64,000 nucleotides of DNA from a bacterium (GTDB taxonomy: Bacteria > RBG-13-61-14 > DATKZS01): NCBI GenBank assembly GCA_963674965.2, contig CAXXFL010000001.1, positions 416,001 through 480,000 of the forward strand. The letters are read 5' to 3'. Position numbers and translations under genes: made by a program. The notes beneath the pieces were generated by a model. It ran no database searches. It was not told the DNA's origin and saw only the letters and a list, made by a program, of their open reading frames with translations. Of the stretch, positions 1-9,516 are shown one piece after another. Positions within the stretch are counted from its first letter, which is position 1; every line of letters begins with the position of its first letter.

Positions 1-212
1 CACCAGAGGGTCCGGTAGACCGTGTCCAGGGAAATCGTCGGCATCCGCCGGCGGACTCCCTCGAAGACCTTTTCCGCGTCGGGATGGACGCCGGTCCGAG
101 CGACCTCGCGGAAGACCTCCATGCGCTGGTGGGTCAATTTGGCGCCCGACTTCCTGCAGGTCTCCTCGAAGCGAGCCATGCGCCGCTCGAGTTCCTCCCT
201 CGATACTTTCAT
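1..212 (-). CDS. Fur/PerR family transcriptional regulator (3' end runs off window)
   Basis: Not in the ORF track. Manual translation from ATG at 212 gives MKVSREELERRMARFEETCRKSGAKLTHQRMEVFREVARTGVHPDAEKVFEGVRRRMPTISLDTVYRTLW, with Fur hallmarks LTxQR, HPxA and ISLxTVYRTL. Confidence 0.9.
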   Translation of the reverse strand, partial: MKVSREELERRMARFEETCRKSGAKLTHQRMEVFREVARTGVHPDAEKVFEGVRRRMPTISLDTVYRTLW

Positions 213-236
213 AATTGATCCTAAATCGTAAAACAA

Positions 237-248
237 TCCTAATTAGGA
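237..248. promoter_or_regulatory. Perfect 12-bp palindrome upstream of the Fur/PerR gene, possible autoregulatory operator
   Basis: TCCTAATTAGGA lies 25 bp upstream of the start codon in AT-rich DNA. Function is inferred. Confidence 0.35.
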
Positions 249-374
249 AAGCTACATCAAAAAAGAGGCCCTGTCAACCATAAAATCTATCAGCCTCAAA
301 ACCCGTCATTTAAAAGAGACTCCATGCATAATACCTTCCATAAGGTCGATAGCGCGTTACCTAAAGCCGGGCCT

Positions 375-1307
375 TCAGTTCATGCCGCGGCATTCCTCCA
401 TGTCCTCGCCGGCTAGGAACTTGTCCACCGCGCAGTTGAACTCGGCGGGTTTGGCCATCTGGGGGGTGTGGCCTCCCTCGTGGACCAGGTAGCGGCTGGT
501 ATCGGGGATAAGTCGGGCGAAGACCTCCATGTCGGAGGGGCGCACGGTGGCGTCGTTGTCTCCCCAGATGAGCAGGGTGGGGGCGGAGATTTTCGGGAGG
601 TCCTTTTTAACGGGATGGAGCGCCAGTTGGCGGATGGCCTTGGCCAGGGCCGACAAATAGGGCCACTCCTGATCGGAGCCCTTGAAGCCGGCGATGAAGT
701 CGCGGCGGGCCAGGTCCCTGGGGTTGTCCGCGGGGTATTGGCCGCCGGTGGTCTGGCCCATGAGCTTTAGGGTTAAGGGGTTGGCAAAGGGCGCGACGCC
801 GACAAGCCAGCGCAAATCATGGGCGCCGGCGGCGTCGGAGAGGACGAGCTTGTTCACCCGCTCGGGATAATGGATGGCCACCCATTCCGAGACCTGGCCG
901 CCCAGGGAATTGCCCACCACGTTGGCCTTCCCGACGCCCGCGTGGTCGAGGAGCCCGATCACGGTCTTGCCCATCAGTTCGGTCGAGTAGTCGAGGTCGG
1001 CGCGGCGCTCGCTCTTTCCGTGCCCCGGGTTGTCGGGGACCAGCACGTGGTAGCGGGACGAGAAGTATTCGTACTGGTCCCACCAGTTCTGCGCGTCACC
1101 CGACCAGCCGTGGACAAAGACGATGGTCTCGGGGTTGTCGGTCCCGGCCTCGAGGTAGCATATCTTCACGCCCCCTATGTCGGCGTAATTTTCCGGGGCG
1201 AAGTAGGCGGGCGGGTCCCAGGCTTTTTTAGCCCGGGCCTGGCCGGCCATGAAGATCAGAACGGCCGCGAGGGCCGGGAGCAGGACTTTCGTGACGGGTC
1301 GTTTCAT
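375..1307 (-). CDS. Exported alpha/beta-fold hydrolase
   Basis: FVHGW, PGHGKS, GNSLGG nucleophile elbow, WGDND and GGH motifs. Start MKRPV at 1307 follows a GGGAGG RBS and encodes a signal peptide ending ARA. Confidence 0.85.
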   Translation of the reverse strand: MKRPVTKVLLPALAAVLIFMAGQARAKKAWDPPAYFAPENYADIGGVKICYLEAGTDNPETIVFVHGWSGDAQNWWDQYEYFSSRYHVLVPDNPGHGKSERRADLDYSTELMGKTVIGLLDHAGVGKANVVGNSLGGQVSEWVAIHYPERVNKLVLSDAAGAHDLRWLVGVAPFANPLTLKLMGQTTGGQYPADNPRDLARRDFIAGFKGSDQEWPYLSALAKAIRQLALHPVKKDLPKISAPTLLIWGDNDATVRPSDMEVFARLIPDTSRYLVHEGGHTPQMAKPAEFNCAVDKFLAGEDMEECRGMN

Positions 1308-1574
1308 TGGCTTACCTCCCTGGGTCATCAGCAGTATATGAAGCAAGAGGCCAACAAGCAACCGCCTGAATAAATCCGGGCCCGAAAAAATCCGAAGGTG
1401 CACAGTCTCCGGTGGTCTCACCATCCATTCATGCCAGAGATTGTTACCTATCAAATCAACCAACCCCCACGACTCACTATCGCCTCATCGCCCTGCATCA
1501 TTCAATTTTCAACGTTACGGCCCACTCCTCCCGAGTGTAATGGGAGAAAGCCTCCTGCGGTCGTTATCCAATAA

Positions 1575-2149
1575 CCATCCCGCTACGCGGGACCCGCGCC
1601 GTTTTCCGAGAAACCGGACGGGTCATCCGTTAAGTCCCGTAGGGACGGCGGTCTATAGCCCATGGGTGAAGGCCGCGGCCGGCGGCCGAAACCCTGGGAA
1701 AAGATGGCGATAACAAACGAGTCCCGAAGGGACGGCGGTAGCGTGGAAAGGCCCCGGAAAAAACGGCCGCCGGGTGGCCTATGCAATATTGCCTTCAATT
1801 TTGCGCGGGCGGCGAAGCCGCCGGCTGATCGCCACTTATACCAATCGTATTGCAAGGCCTTTTTCAAGTGGAGGAGTCGAAAACAATCGTAATTTAGGAA
1901 ACAGCAATACTCAGCCCGCGGCTACGCCACACATGCATTTTTTGAAAACATAGATGGGCCACCCCGCGAGAGGGGGGAGCTGGCTACCCATCCCGCTAAG
2001 CGGGACCCGCGCGGTTTCTTACGAAACCGGACGGGTCACCCGGTGGTTGCCCGTACGGGAATGGCCCGGCCGGTTTTGCCAAAACCGCCCGGGGCCGGCG
2101 CAGCCGGATAGGTGGATCGGCATGACGGCTGAGACCGGTGGAAAGATGG
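1575..2149. repeat. Cluster of REP-like hairpin repeats
   Basis: A ~55 bp direct repeat occurs at 1575-1629 and 1988-2042. GTCCCG(T/A)AGGGACGGCGGT occurs at 1634-1652 and 1721-1739. 1906-1964 matches 13806-13862 inverted. 2068-2149 matches 10547-10628. Confidence 0.75.
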
Positions 2150-2276
2150 GTTACGCCGGAGGTCTCACGCCTGAGGGCAATGTTACCTGTTGTTATATTT
2201 TCAGGAATAGCATATAATCATTCCTTAGCGGCTTTCAGGGTCCGATGTGGAGTGTTATTGGAAGAGGAGACGGAAG

Positions 2277-3170
2277 GTGAGGAACGCGCAAAGGACGATA
2301 ATTTCTATTTTGCTGCAGCAAGAAAGGCCGCTTTCTAAGACCTTTATAGTCAAGATTGCCTTTCTCCTTTCCAAGGAAACTCCGCAAAATCAACTCGGGC
2401 CATTTTATAAATTCCTTCCTTATAAATATGGTCCCTTCTCATTTGTTTTATATCGGGATATAAGCAATCTTGCTCAAACAGGATGGATAACGAAAAATAA
2501 TAGACTGGAAATCCTCGCCCATCGTAAATCAGAGGCTGAAAAAGAAGTCGAAAAAATGCCGCGTTTGCTTCGTTGCGGAGTATCGAATATACTCGAACAT
2601 TATGGATTTATGTCTTCAGAGGAACTGATCAACTTGGTTTACTCTCGTTACAAGTCTTATACTTACTTCAGTGAGTACAATGGACCAGACGGAGTAAAGC
2701 CTTTTTCGATTTCTCCTCCCGATGCTCCCATTGCAATATATACAATCGGATATGAAGGAGAGTCAGTGGACGGGTTCCTTGACGCTTGCGTTCAGAACGG
2801 GATAAGACAGCTACTGGACGTCAGAAACAACCCCATCTCTAGAAAGTGGGGATTCAGTAAGAGGAGGCTTTCCGACCTTTGTCATAAAATGAAGATGGAA
2901 TACCACCACCTGCCGGAACTTGGAATACCCGCAAGCAGCAGGAAAAACTTAGGCGCCTTGGAATCATACGAAGAACTCCTCGATCATTATGAAAAATCGA
3001 TATTGCCTCAGAGAGAAAAGGAGAAATGTCGTGCACTGGAACTGGTGTACAAAAAAGCATCGGCTTTAATGTGCATGGAGGCTGACGTCGCTTATTGCCA
3101 CCGGGGACGTCTGGCAAAGGAACTGGCCTATATTTCGGGACTCCCCATTAAGCATCTTAAGACGCAATGA
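2277..3170 (+). CDS. N-terminal SocA/Panacea-like domain fused to DUF488 domain
   Basis: N-terminus has K..FLL...F.PYKYGPFS. C-terminus has YTIGYEG, LLDVR..P.SRK.GF, HLPELG and LMCME....CHR, typical of DUF488. Probable GTG start at 2277 (ORF track starts at 2247). Lower GC than the backbone. Confidence 0.75.
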   Translation: MRNAQRTIISILLQQERPLSKTFIVKIAFLLSKETPQNQLGPFYKFLPYKYGPFSFVLYRDISNLAQTGWITKNNRLEILAHRKSEAEKEVEKMPRLLRCGVSNILEHYGFMSSEELINLVYSRYKSYTYFSEYNGPDGVKPFSISPPDAPIAIYTIGYEGESVDGFLDACVQNGIRQLLDVRNNPISRKWGFSKRRLSDLCHKMKMEYHHLPELGIPASSRKNLGALESYEELLDHYEKSILPQREKEKCRALELVYKKASALMCMEADVAYCHRGRLAKELAYISGLPIKHLKTQ

Positions 3171-3946
3171 ATTATAAAAAGCGCAAGGTCCTGATCACGG
3201 TAAAGACTTATCCTTTGCCTTCTAAATTGTATGAGGAACTGGTATGCACCGCCGGGGTCCTGGAAGATGGAACCTTCATCCGGCTATATCCTATTGACTA
3301 TCGCTATATGCCTAGAGGGCAACAGTATAAAAAATATCAGTGGATTGAGGTTGAGGTCACGAAGAATCAGAAGGACGGCCGCAAGGAAAGCTTCAGGCCG
3401 AAACTTGATACCATCCGTCTTCTCGGAAAAGTTCTTGATACGAAAAACGGCTGGGCAGAACGCCGAAAATACGTTTTGGCCCGGGGAATTCATACCATGG
3501 AACAACTTGCCGAGAAGCAAGAAATAGACAATACATCTCTTGGGGTTGTTCGGCCAAAGGAAGTGAAAGATTTTATCATCGAACCGGATGATTGGGACTG
3601 GGATTCCAAGCATAAAGCCATTCTTATACAGCAGAATCTATTTGGCCCGGACAAAAAACCCCTCGAGAAAATTCCCTTCAAGTTCTCTTATGTTTTTACT
3701 TGTGACGACCCGAGATGCAATGGGCACAAAATGATGATCTCCGATTGGGAAGCCGGAGAACTGTACCGAAACATGAGAGATAAATACGGAGACGAAGAAA
3801 TCTCCACCCAAAAGGTTCGTGAAAAATTCTTAGGACAAATGTGCGCGCCAGATAAAGATACCCACTTTTTCGTTGGGACCTTGGCCAATTATCCAAAGTC
3901 ATGGATTGTCCTTGGAGTGTTTTGGCCAAGGAAAATTCGACTTTAG
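3167..3946 (+). CDS. Conserved hypothetical protein, partner of the DUF488 gene
   Basis: ATGA overlap with the upstream gene. Motifs VKTYP...YEELVCTAG, IRLYP, KYQWI, D.R.ESFRP and ISDWE. 259 aa. Confidence 0.75.
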   Translation: MNYKKRKVLITVKTYPLPSKLYEELVCTAGVLEDGTFIRLYPIDYRYMPRGQQYKKYQWIEVEVTKNQKDGRKESFRPKLDTIRLLGKVLDTKNGWAERRKYVLARGIHTMEQLAEKQEIDNTSLGVVRPKEVKDFIIEPDDWDWDSKHKAILIQQNLFGPDKKPLEKIPFKFSYVFTCDDPRCNGHKMMISDWEAGELYRNMRDKYGDEEISTQKVREKFLGQMCAPDKDTHFFVGTLANYPKSWIVLGVFWPRKIRL

Positions 3947-4130
3947 GCGGCAGTAATTATTTTCGCGAGCCGACCCGGCGAAACTTCTTAGCGCTTGGAT
4001 AGCAAGGTATGGTACCATTGAGAATAGACGTGAGTACTAATAAGAAGCGCAGATTGAGAGATGATTGTCGAGGGACGCACGCGGTTCATGCAAAACGGTA
4101 GATGCGTCAAAGAACCCCTCACTCACCATA

Positions 4131-4517
4131 TTAATTTTCATCTTCAATCCAATTTTCTGGAAGAATAATAGCTGATCGATAATGCCTAAATATCTCCTTT
4201 AGTCTGTTTTTAGAATAATCACTTTTATTGCTGAAATGATTTATTAATAATTCACTATTCTCAAATAAACTTGGAGGTAATTCGGTTGTATTACCGTGTC
4301 TAATCAAAGCAATAATAATCTCCAGTAAATCGTCTGATATAGTATCTTCCAATTGATGCAATAATATTTCAACTGTAATTCCTATAGCTTTAAATGCTTC
4401 TTCAGAAGTCATTATATATACATTTTCACTCATGAATTTGCTCAAGTACCATTCATCATCAATAGGAGATTGCTTCCTTCTTTCGATAAAATTTAGCAAA
4501 TTATCATCAAATCTCAT
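4131..4517 (-). CDS. AT-rich hypothetical protein, possibly an orphan immunity-like protein
   Basis: 128 aa, acidic and helical, markedly AT-rich relative to flanks. No recognisable motif. Confidence 0.55.
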   Translation of the reverse strand: MRFDDNLLNFIERRKQSPIDDEWYLSKFMSENVYIMTSEEAFKAIGITVEILLHQLEDTISDDLLEIIIALIRHGNTTELPPSLFENSELLINHFSNKSDYSKNRLKEIFRHYRSAIILPENWIEDEN

Positions 4518-4591
4518 TTTGGTTACGCCTTGAATTTATAATCAGGAAATTTTCCCGTGTTTCATTGCTGAATAAGATTTCTGCGAACAAA

Positions 4592-6109
4592 TCAAATCTC
4601 CACCCTCTCCCCCCTCGGGATGATCTTTTCCCTTTCGCCGTCTTCCGTGATCAGCTTGACCTTCATGCCGCCGTCGGGTTCCACTTGGAACTCGATCTCG
4701 ATATTCTCGATGGGGAGGGTCAGGTGGCCGCTCAGGCCGGAGGCCGCTTCCGGGAAGCTCGGCTCGAGACGCCTTTGGCCGCGGTCTTTCTTGAAGCCGA
4801 TAAGGCGCTCGATGAGGAGGGTGTTGGCCAGTCCGGTCCATCCCACGAACTGGGGCTTGGGCTTGTTGCCGTTTTGGAGGAGCTTGTAAAGGTTCCCCTT
4901 CTTGCGCGACAGTTCCTTGAGGTCGTGACGCTCGGGGTCGTAGAACTCGACGAACTTGCCCGTGTTGTCGTAGGTTTTATAGACCCCGTCCACCACCTTG
5001 TAGGAGAGGACGGCGGCGTCCTCCTTGTAGCCGTAGCGCTCGAGCCCGACTATGGCCATGTAGGCGGTGTTGATCCAGACGGGCCCTCTCCAGCAGTCCT
5101 TTTCAAAGGTGGGGTCGTCGAGGGCGGTGGAGGGCACGGGGAAAGGCGCGTTGAACTCGGCCGGGTCCATTATGTGTCCTCGGATTATTCGGGCCCTTTC
5201 CTTATCCGGGATACCGGCGAAAAGTGGGAAGAGGGAGGCGATGGTCCGTATTTTCACCAGCTCGCCCGAGGCCAGGTCCAGGTCGTAATAATAGCCGGTG
5301 GCCTCGTCCCAGTTCATCTCGTTGACCAGCGCGGCCAGTTCGGCGGCCTTGGCCGTAAAGTCTTCCGCTTCGGCGTCGCGTCCCAGCTCGCGGGCCATAA
5401 GGGCCAGGGTCTCGTCCTGGCGGACTATATAGGAGTTGACGTCGATGGCGGCTATGGCGGTCAGGTCCTTTTTGACTTTCTCGTCGCGGGAGGAGAAGCG
5501 GGGAGAGTTGTCGATGCCAGACTCGTAAGAATGAATCCAGTAGAACAACCCGTTATCGAGGCGCCGGTTCTCGTAATACCAGCGGTTGTAGTCCTTGAGG
5601 GCCGGATAAACGCGGGCCAGGTATCGCGAGTCGCCGCTCCAGAGGTAGTTCTCCCAAACCGACCAGGTCATGACCGGCGGCTGGGTATAGTCGCTCTTGT
5701 CGTGGGGGTTGGCAAAGTGCGGCAGCCGCCCGCCGTCCGCGTGATCGATCACGGCCCGGTTGACGTCCTGGGCAACGGCCGCGTCCCATGGCTTCCAGAC
5801 CTGGGCGATAAAGGCCGTGTCCCACAAGTAGGCGCTGCGGAAAGTCGGCGCCGGCCAGGCGTACCGGGTATCGAAATATTTGTTCGGCATGTTAAGGTTC
5901 ATAAGGAGAGTTTTATTGACGTCCTCGAAGCCCTTGCCCCAGTACCGGGACTCCTCGCGCCCAGGATCGATAGCCAAAGACGGCGCCGGGGCCAAAACGT
6001 CCTTTTTGCTATAATCGATATCAGGCAAGCGCTGGAAAACCGGATAAGAACAGGACGCGCAAATTATGGTAATAAAAAGCATAATTGATAAAAACGTTCT
6101 TTGTTTCAT
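4592..6109 (-). CDS. (alpha/alpha)6-barrel glycoside hydrolase (GH63/trehalase-like), lipoprotein
   Basis: YLWDTAF, TQPPV, ESGIDNSPRF, WRGPVWIN, E.YDP and F.GWT motifs. Lipobox CASC. Start 6109 after GAGGAAG. Confidence 0.85.
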   Translation of the reverse strand: MKQRTFLSIMLFITIICASCSYPVFQRLPDIDYSKKDVLAPAPSLAIDPGREESRYWGKGFEDVNKTLLMNLNMPNKYFDTRYAWPAPTFRSAYLWDTAFIAQVWKPWDAAVAQDVNRAVIDHADGGRLPHFANPHDKSDYTQPPVMTWSVWENYLWSGDSRYLARVYPALKDYNRWYYENRRLDNGLFYWIHSYESGIDNSPRFSSRDEKVKKDLTAIAAIDVNSYIVRQDETLALMARELGRDAEAEDFTAKAAELAALVNEMNWDEATGYYYDLDLASGELVKIRTIASLFPLFAGIPDKERARIIRGHIMDPAEFNAPFPVPSTALDDPTFEKDCWRGPVWINTAYMAIVGLERYGYKEDAAVLSYKVVDGVYKTYDNTGKFVEFYDPERHDLKELSRKKGNLYKLLQNGNKPKPQFVGWTGLANTLLIERLIGFKKDRGQRRLEPSFPEAASGLSGHLTLPIENIEIEFQVEPDGGMKVKLITEDGEREKIIPRGERVEI

Positions 6110-6169
6110 TGTCACTTCCTCTATGGCTGGGTTTTGCACGGATAACTTGAATTTTCCTTGCGGGCCATG

Positions 6170-6311
6170 AGCCGATAGGCGCGGAAAAAAGAAGGACCCC
6201 CTTGGCGGATTTTTTCCCGCGGCTTGCGCCCCGCGGATAGGCAAGCTATCCGCGCCACCCTTGGTATTTTCCTACGGCTTGAGCCAGGCGGACAGGCTGT
6301 CCACGCCACCC
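6170..6311. repeat. REP-like hairpin elements
   Basis: Hairpin CGCGGATAG-GCAAG-CTATCCGCG followed by CCACCC (6232-6260). Its reverse complement closely matches 13983-14023. A second degenerate copy ending GCCACCC lies at 6288-6311. Confidence 0.75.
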
Positions 6312-6417
6312 ATGGTTTGTTTCCACCCGCGACAACCTTCATGTATACCCGCTTTTTGAGACGAAGGTATCTTGCCACGGCAATAGCCCATGGGTCAAGG
6401 AGGAAGCGGGAATAAAT

Positions 6418-7836
6418 TTACGAGTCGGCTTTTCCGTTAAGCGAGATCGACCTGTTTATCGCCCTCAAGCATCGGTTGATGGTGGGAAAGACCGGGAAGC
6501 CGCTTTTCTGGAATTCCCTTTCCGCCTCGAGGCGCGCGGCCTGTTCCGTGGTGTGCATGAACACGACGTAGACGGGCTTCTTGAAATCCTTGAAGGCGTT
6601 AATAAGGGCCTTGACCAGGAAGCCGGACCACTTCTCGGCGTATTTACCCATATAAGTCAGGTACTCGATGGCGCACATGAGGACAAAGCCGTCCACGTTG
6701 GGGTCCGCGTCGAAGAGCGGGTAAATTTTATCGAAGTTCTGAGGCTGGAAGAATTTGGCCGCCATGTCGATGGGATTATGCAGGCTCGTGCCCGGCGCCT
6801 CGAGGTATTTTGCCAGGAGTTCCCTCGTGTCATCGGCCAGCTCGGGCATGTCGAAACCGGCGCTGACCACGCGGTCGGTGGCGAAGACCCCGAAGCCTCC
6901 CGACACGGTAAGAAGGCAAAGTCTTTTGCCCTTCGGCGAGCGGCTGTGGCCCATCAAGCCGGCCAGGTCGAACATCTCGTCAAAGTCGTCCACCATCATG
7001 GCCCCGGCCTGTTTGACCATGGCCCGCCAGGCGTCGCCCGCTCCGGTAAGCGCGCCGGTATGGGAGGCCACGGCCCGGTCGCCCAGTTCGGTGATGCCGC
7101 CCTTTAGTACTATCACCGGCTTGCGGGCCGCCGCGTCCCTTAAGGCCGCCTTCAGCTCGGCCGGACGGCGGGTCCCCTCCACGTACAGGCAGATGACCTC
7201 GGTGACGGGGTCGCGCGACATGTAATGGAGGAACTCGGGCGGTCCCAGGTCGGACTCGTTTCCATAGCTCACTCCCTGGGAAAGACCCAGGCCCTTTTCC
7301 TGCGCCATGATGGCCCCGGTAATGCACACGCCGCCGCTCTGGCTGATGAGGCCCACCTTGCCGCTCTCGATGGGAGGCATGTCCGCCCTGATGGTCATGC
7401 CCACCTCGGGCGAGACCATGCCCATGCAGTTGGGTCCGATGATCCTCACCCCGCCGGACCTGGCGATCCGGGTGACCTCCTCCTCGAGGGCCGCGTTCTC
7501 AGGCCGGCCCGACTCCCGGAAGCCGGACGAGAAAATGGTCACCACCTTGACGCCCTTTTTCGCGCAGTCCCGCATAACCTCGGGTACGCCCCTCGAGGGT
7601 ATGCAGATTTTAACGTGGTCAACCGGACCGGGTATGTCCGCCACCGAGGCATAAGTCGGATACCGCTCTATTTTCTTGCCGGCGTTGACGGCGTAAAGTT
7701 CGCCTTTAAAACCGTTTTTTTGATAGCCGTTCAGGAAGTGTATTCCCTGATTGTCGATCCGTTCGCTGGCTCCCACCGCGGCCATGGACCGGGGATGGAA
7801 GATGGCGTCCATTTGTTCGTATAGGTTGTCGGTCAT
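6418..7836 (-). CDS. Acyl-CoA synthetase (NDP-forming) alpha-type / CoA-binding protein
   Basis: F.PRS.A.VGAS, GPNCMG, SQSGG, S.GNE.DL, ASHTG (phospho-His) and NPID motifs. No ATP-grasp domain. Confidence 0.88.
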   Translation of the reverse strand: MTDNLYEQMDAIFHPRSMAAVGASERIDNQGIHFLNGYQKNGFKGELYAVNAGKKIERYPTYASVADIPGPVDHVKICIPSRGVPEVMRDCAKKGVKVVTIFSSGFRESGRPENAALEEEVTRIARSGGVRIIGPNCMGMVSPEVGMTIRADMPPIESGKVGLISQSGGVCITGAIMAQEKGLGLSQGVSYGNESDLGPPEFLHYMSRDPVTEVICLYVEGTRRPAELKAALRDAAARKPVIVLKGGITELGDRAVASHTGALTGAGDAWRAMVKQAGAMMVDDFDEMFDLAGLMGHSRSPKGKRLCLLTVSGGFGVFATDRVVSAGFDMPELADDTRELLAKYLEAPGTSLHNPIDMAAKFFQPQNFDKIYPLFDADPNVDGFVLMCAIEYLTYMGKYAEKWSGFLVKALINAFKDFKKPVYVVFMHTTEQAARLEAEREFQKSGFPVFPTINRCLRAINRSISLNGKADS

Positions 7837-7974
7837 GGGTCCCTCCAGATAACTATCGTTATGTTAACGGATGGGAACAAAACAGTCAAAAGACCACCCG
7901 GCCTATAGCAAAGCTCTCCTTTTCAGGCCCTGAGGAAAAGCCTCGCTTTAGAAAAATGATTTTTAGCGTCCGGA

Positions 7975-9354
7975 TTAAACTAGTTTGTCGGCAAGCTCCA
8001 GCGCCGACGAGGCGGCGAGTTCGGTGCCTATCCCGTGCCCTCCAGCCTCGGCCGAGCAGAGAAACAAATTCTCGACCGGAGTCTCGTGGGTGGGTCTTCT
8101 TTCATGCACCTGGTCGACGGTCTGGCCCACGCCGATCACGTTGCCGTCCTCCCCCGCGTACTTCTCGACCACGTCGGGGGAATCGATCGCGGCCCATAGC
8201 ACGTGGTCCTCCATGCCTGGGAACATTTTGTACATGGCCTCGAGAAGTATCCGCTTCCACTCGTCCCAGTCCTGGCCCCTCTCGCACCTGGTCCCGAAGA
8301 AGATAAGCTGGCCGCCCTCGGGCGCGAGGTCGGGATCGAAGTTGGTGGGCGAATTGAGCATGCCTCCCGCCACCATGGGCATGGGGCCGCCCTCGATGTA
8401 GGCGCGCTGTACCTCCTCCATTTCCTCGTCCGACAGGTCCGGCGCGTACATGATCATCTTCTGGTCCGTTACCTTGTTATCGAGCGCCACTTTAAGGGCG
8501 CACACGTGGGCCGTGTATGTAAGGCCCTTTACTCTTTCCACGTATTCCGCCGGGAAATGGCCCTCTCCGGCCAGTTCGAGCACGGTGGCCTTGATATCCG
8601 CGTTGGACACGACCTTTTCCGCCTCGATGGCCCGCCCTCCCACGACCACGCCTTTGGCCGCGCCGTTCTCGATGAGTATCTTGTCCACCGGGCACGACAG
8701 CCGGACCTCTCCCCCGTTCTTCTCGATTATCCGCCGGTAGGCCTCGGGTATGGCCACGCAGCCGCCCCTGGGGTAGCCGGAGCTTTTGTTCTTCATCACG
8801 CCCTTCAGGCAGAGGATGAACTCGGTAGTGCTGGCCACGTCGGGAGTCACGCAAAGGTAGATGCCGCAAAGCATGCCGAACATGGCCAGCACGGCCCGGT
8901 CCTCGGTGAAGCGGAAAATCCAGTCCTGGAGGGACACGTACCAGAGCTTGTCCAGGTCCTGGTCGGTCATGGTCATGACGCTCATGAAAATTTGGGCCAG
9001 GGGACCCAGGTCCTTCTTCTCCACGTTCTTCATCATCAGGTCGCGCGTAAAGGGGACCGTTTGACCCTTGAAGTGCATGGCCACGCGCGGGTTGCGGGCA
9101 AGGACCCAGTCGATGGCGTCCGGCTCGCCCGCCCGGCGGCATACCTCGCCCAGCGGCCCGGCTCCGCCCTCCCCGAAAAGATGGACGCCCACGTCCACCA
9201 CGAAGCCGTCCCTTTTATAGGAGGCGCAACGGCCGCCTATGATCGAGTTCTTCTCGAGAAGCGCCACCTTTTGGCCCCGGGCCGATAAAAGCGCCCCCAG
9301 CGCCGCGCCCCCTATTCCTCCCCCCACGATGACAACGTCGGTCTTGCCGGGCAT
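7975..9354 (-). CDS. Phytoene desaturase-like FAD-dependent oxidoreductase
   Basis: VVIVGGGIGG Rossmann motif, LEKN..IGGR, D.GVH, YPRGG, VVSNA and TPVENLFL. Confidence 0.82.
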   Translation of the reverse strand: MPGKTDVVIVGGGIGGAALGALLSARGQKVALLEKNSIIGGRCASYKRDGFVVDVGVHLFGEGGAGPLGEVCRRAGEPDAIDWVLARNPRVAMHFKGQTVPFTRDLMMKNVEKKDLGPLAQIFMSVMTMTDQDLDKLWYVSLQDWIFRFTEDRAVLAMFGMLCGIYLCVTPDVASTTEFILCLKGVMKNKSSGYPRGGCVAIPEAYRRIIEKNGGEVRLSCPVDKILIENGAAKGVVVGGRAIEAEKVVSNADIKATVLELAGEGHFPAEYVERVKGLTYTAHVCALKVALDNKVTDQKMIMYAPDLSDEEMEEVQRAYIEGGPMPMVAGGMLNSPTNFDPDLAPEGGQLIFFGTRCERGQDWDEWKRILLEAMYKMFPGMEDHVLWAAIDSPDVVEKYAGEDGNVIGVGQTVDQVHERRPTHETPVENLFLCSAEAGGHGIGTELAASSALELADKLV

Positions 9355-9516
9355 GGTCCCTCCTTGAACTCCGGGCCGGTACGGGTTAACTCACGGCCGA
9401 TATATTACCTCTCGAAATAGTCTTCTTTTCCTGGGCGATTATAAGATAACATTCGGTATTGACACAACCCGGCCGGTATAAGTAAAATCCAGCTAACTAT
9501 CGAGGAGGAAAATATC

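Noticed and set aside
1575-2149. Possible CRISPR array
   Set aside because: Repeats are few, degenerate, in mixed orientation and irregularly spaced, and there are no cas genes.
2158-2173. Exact 16-mer GGAGGTCTCACGCCTG shared with 11042-11057 inside the Hint-toxin gene
   Set aside because: About one 16-bp match is expected by chance in a 64-kb self-comparison and the flanks do not extend. It is insufficient to call a toxin remnant or att site.
4565-6088. Long antisense ORFs (also 18607-20055, 24578-26854, 33692-34972, 37918-39246, 50516-51805, 57038-58492)
   Set aside because: Shadow frames of well-supported genes on the opposite strand, expected in high-GC coding DNA.
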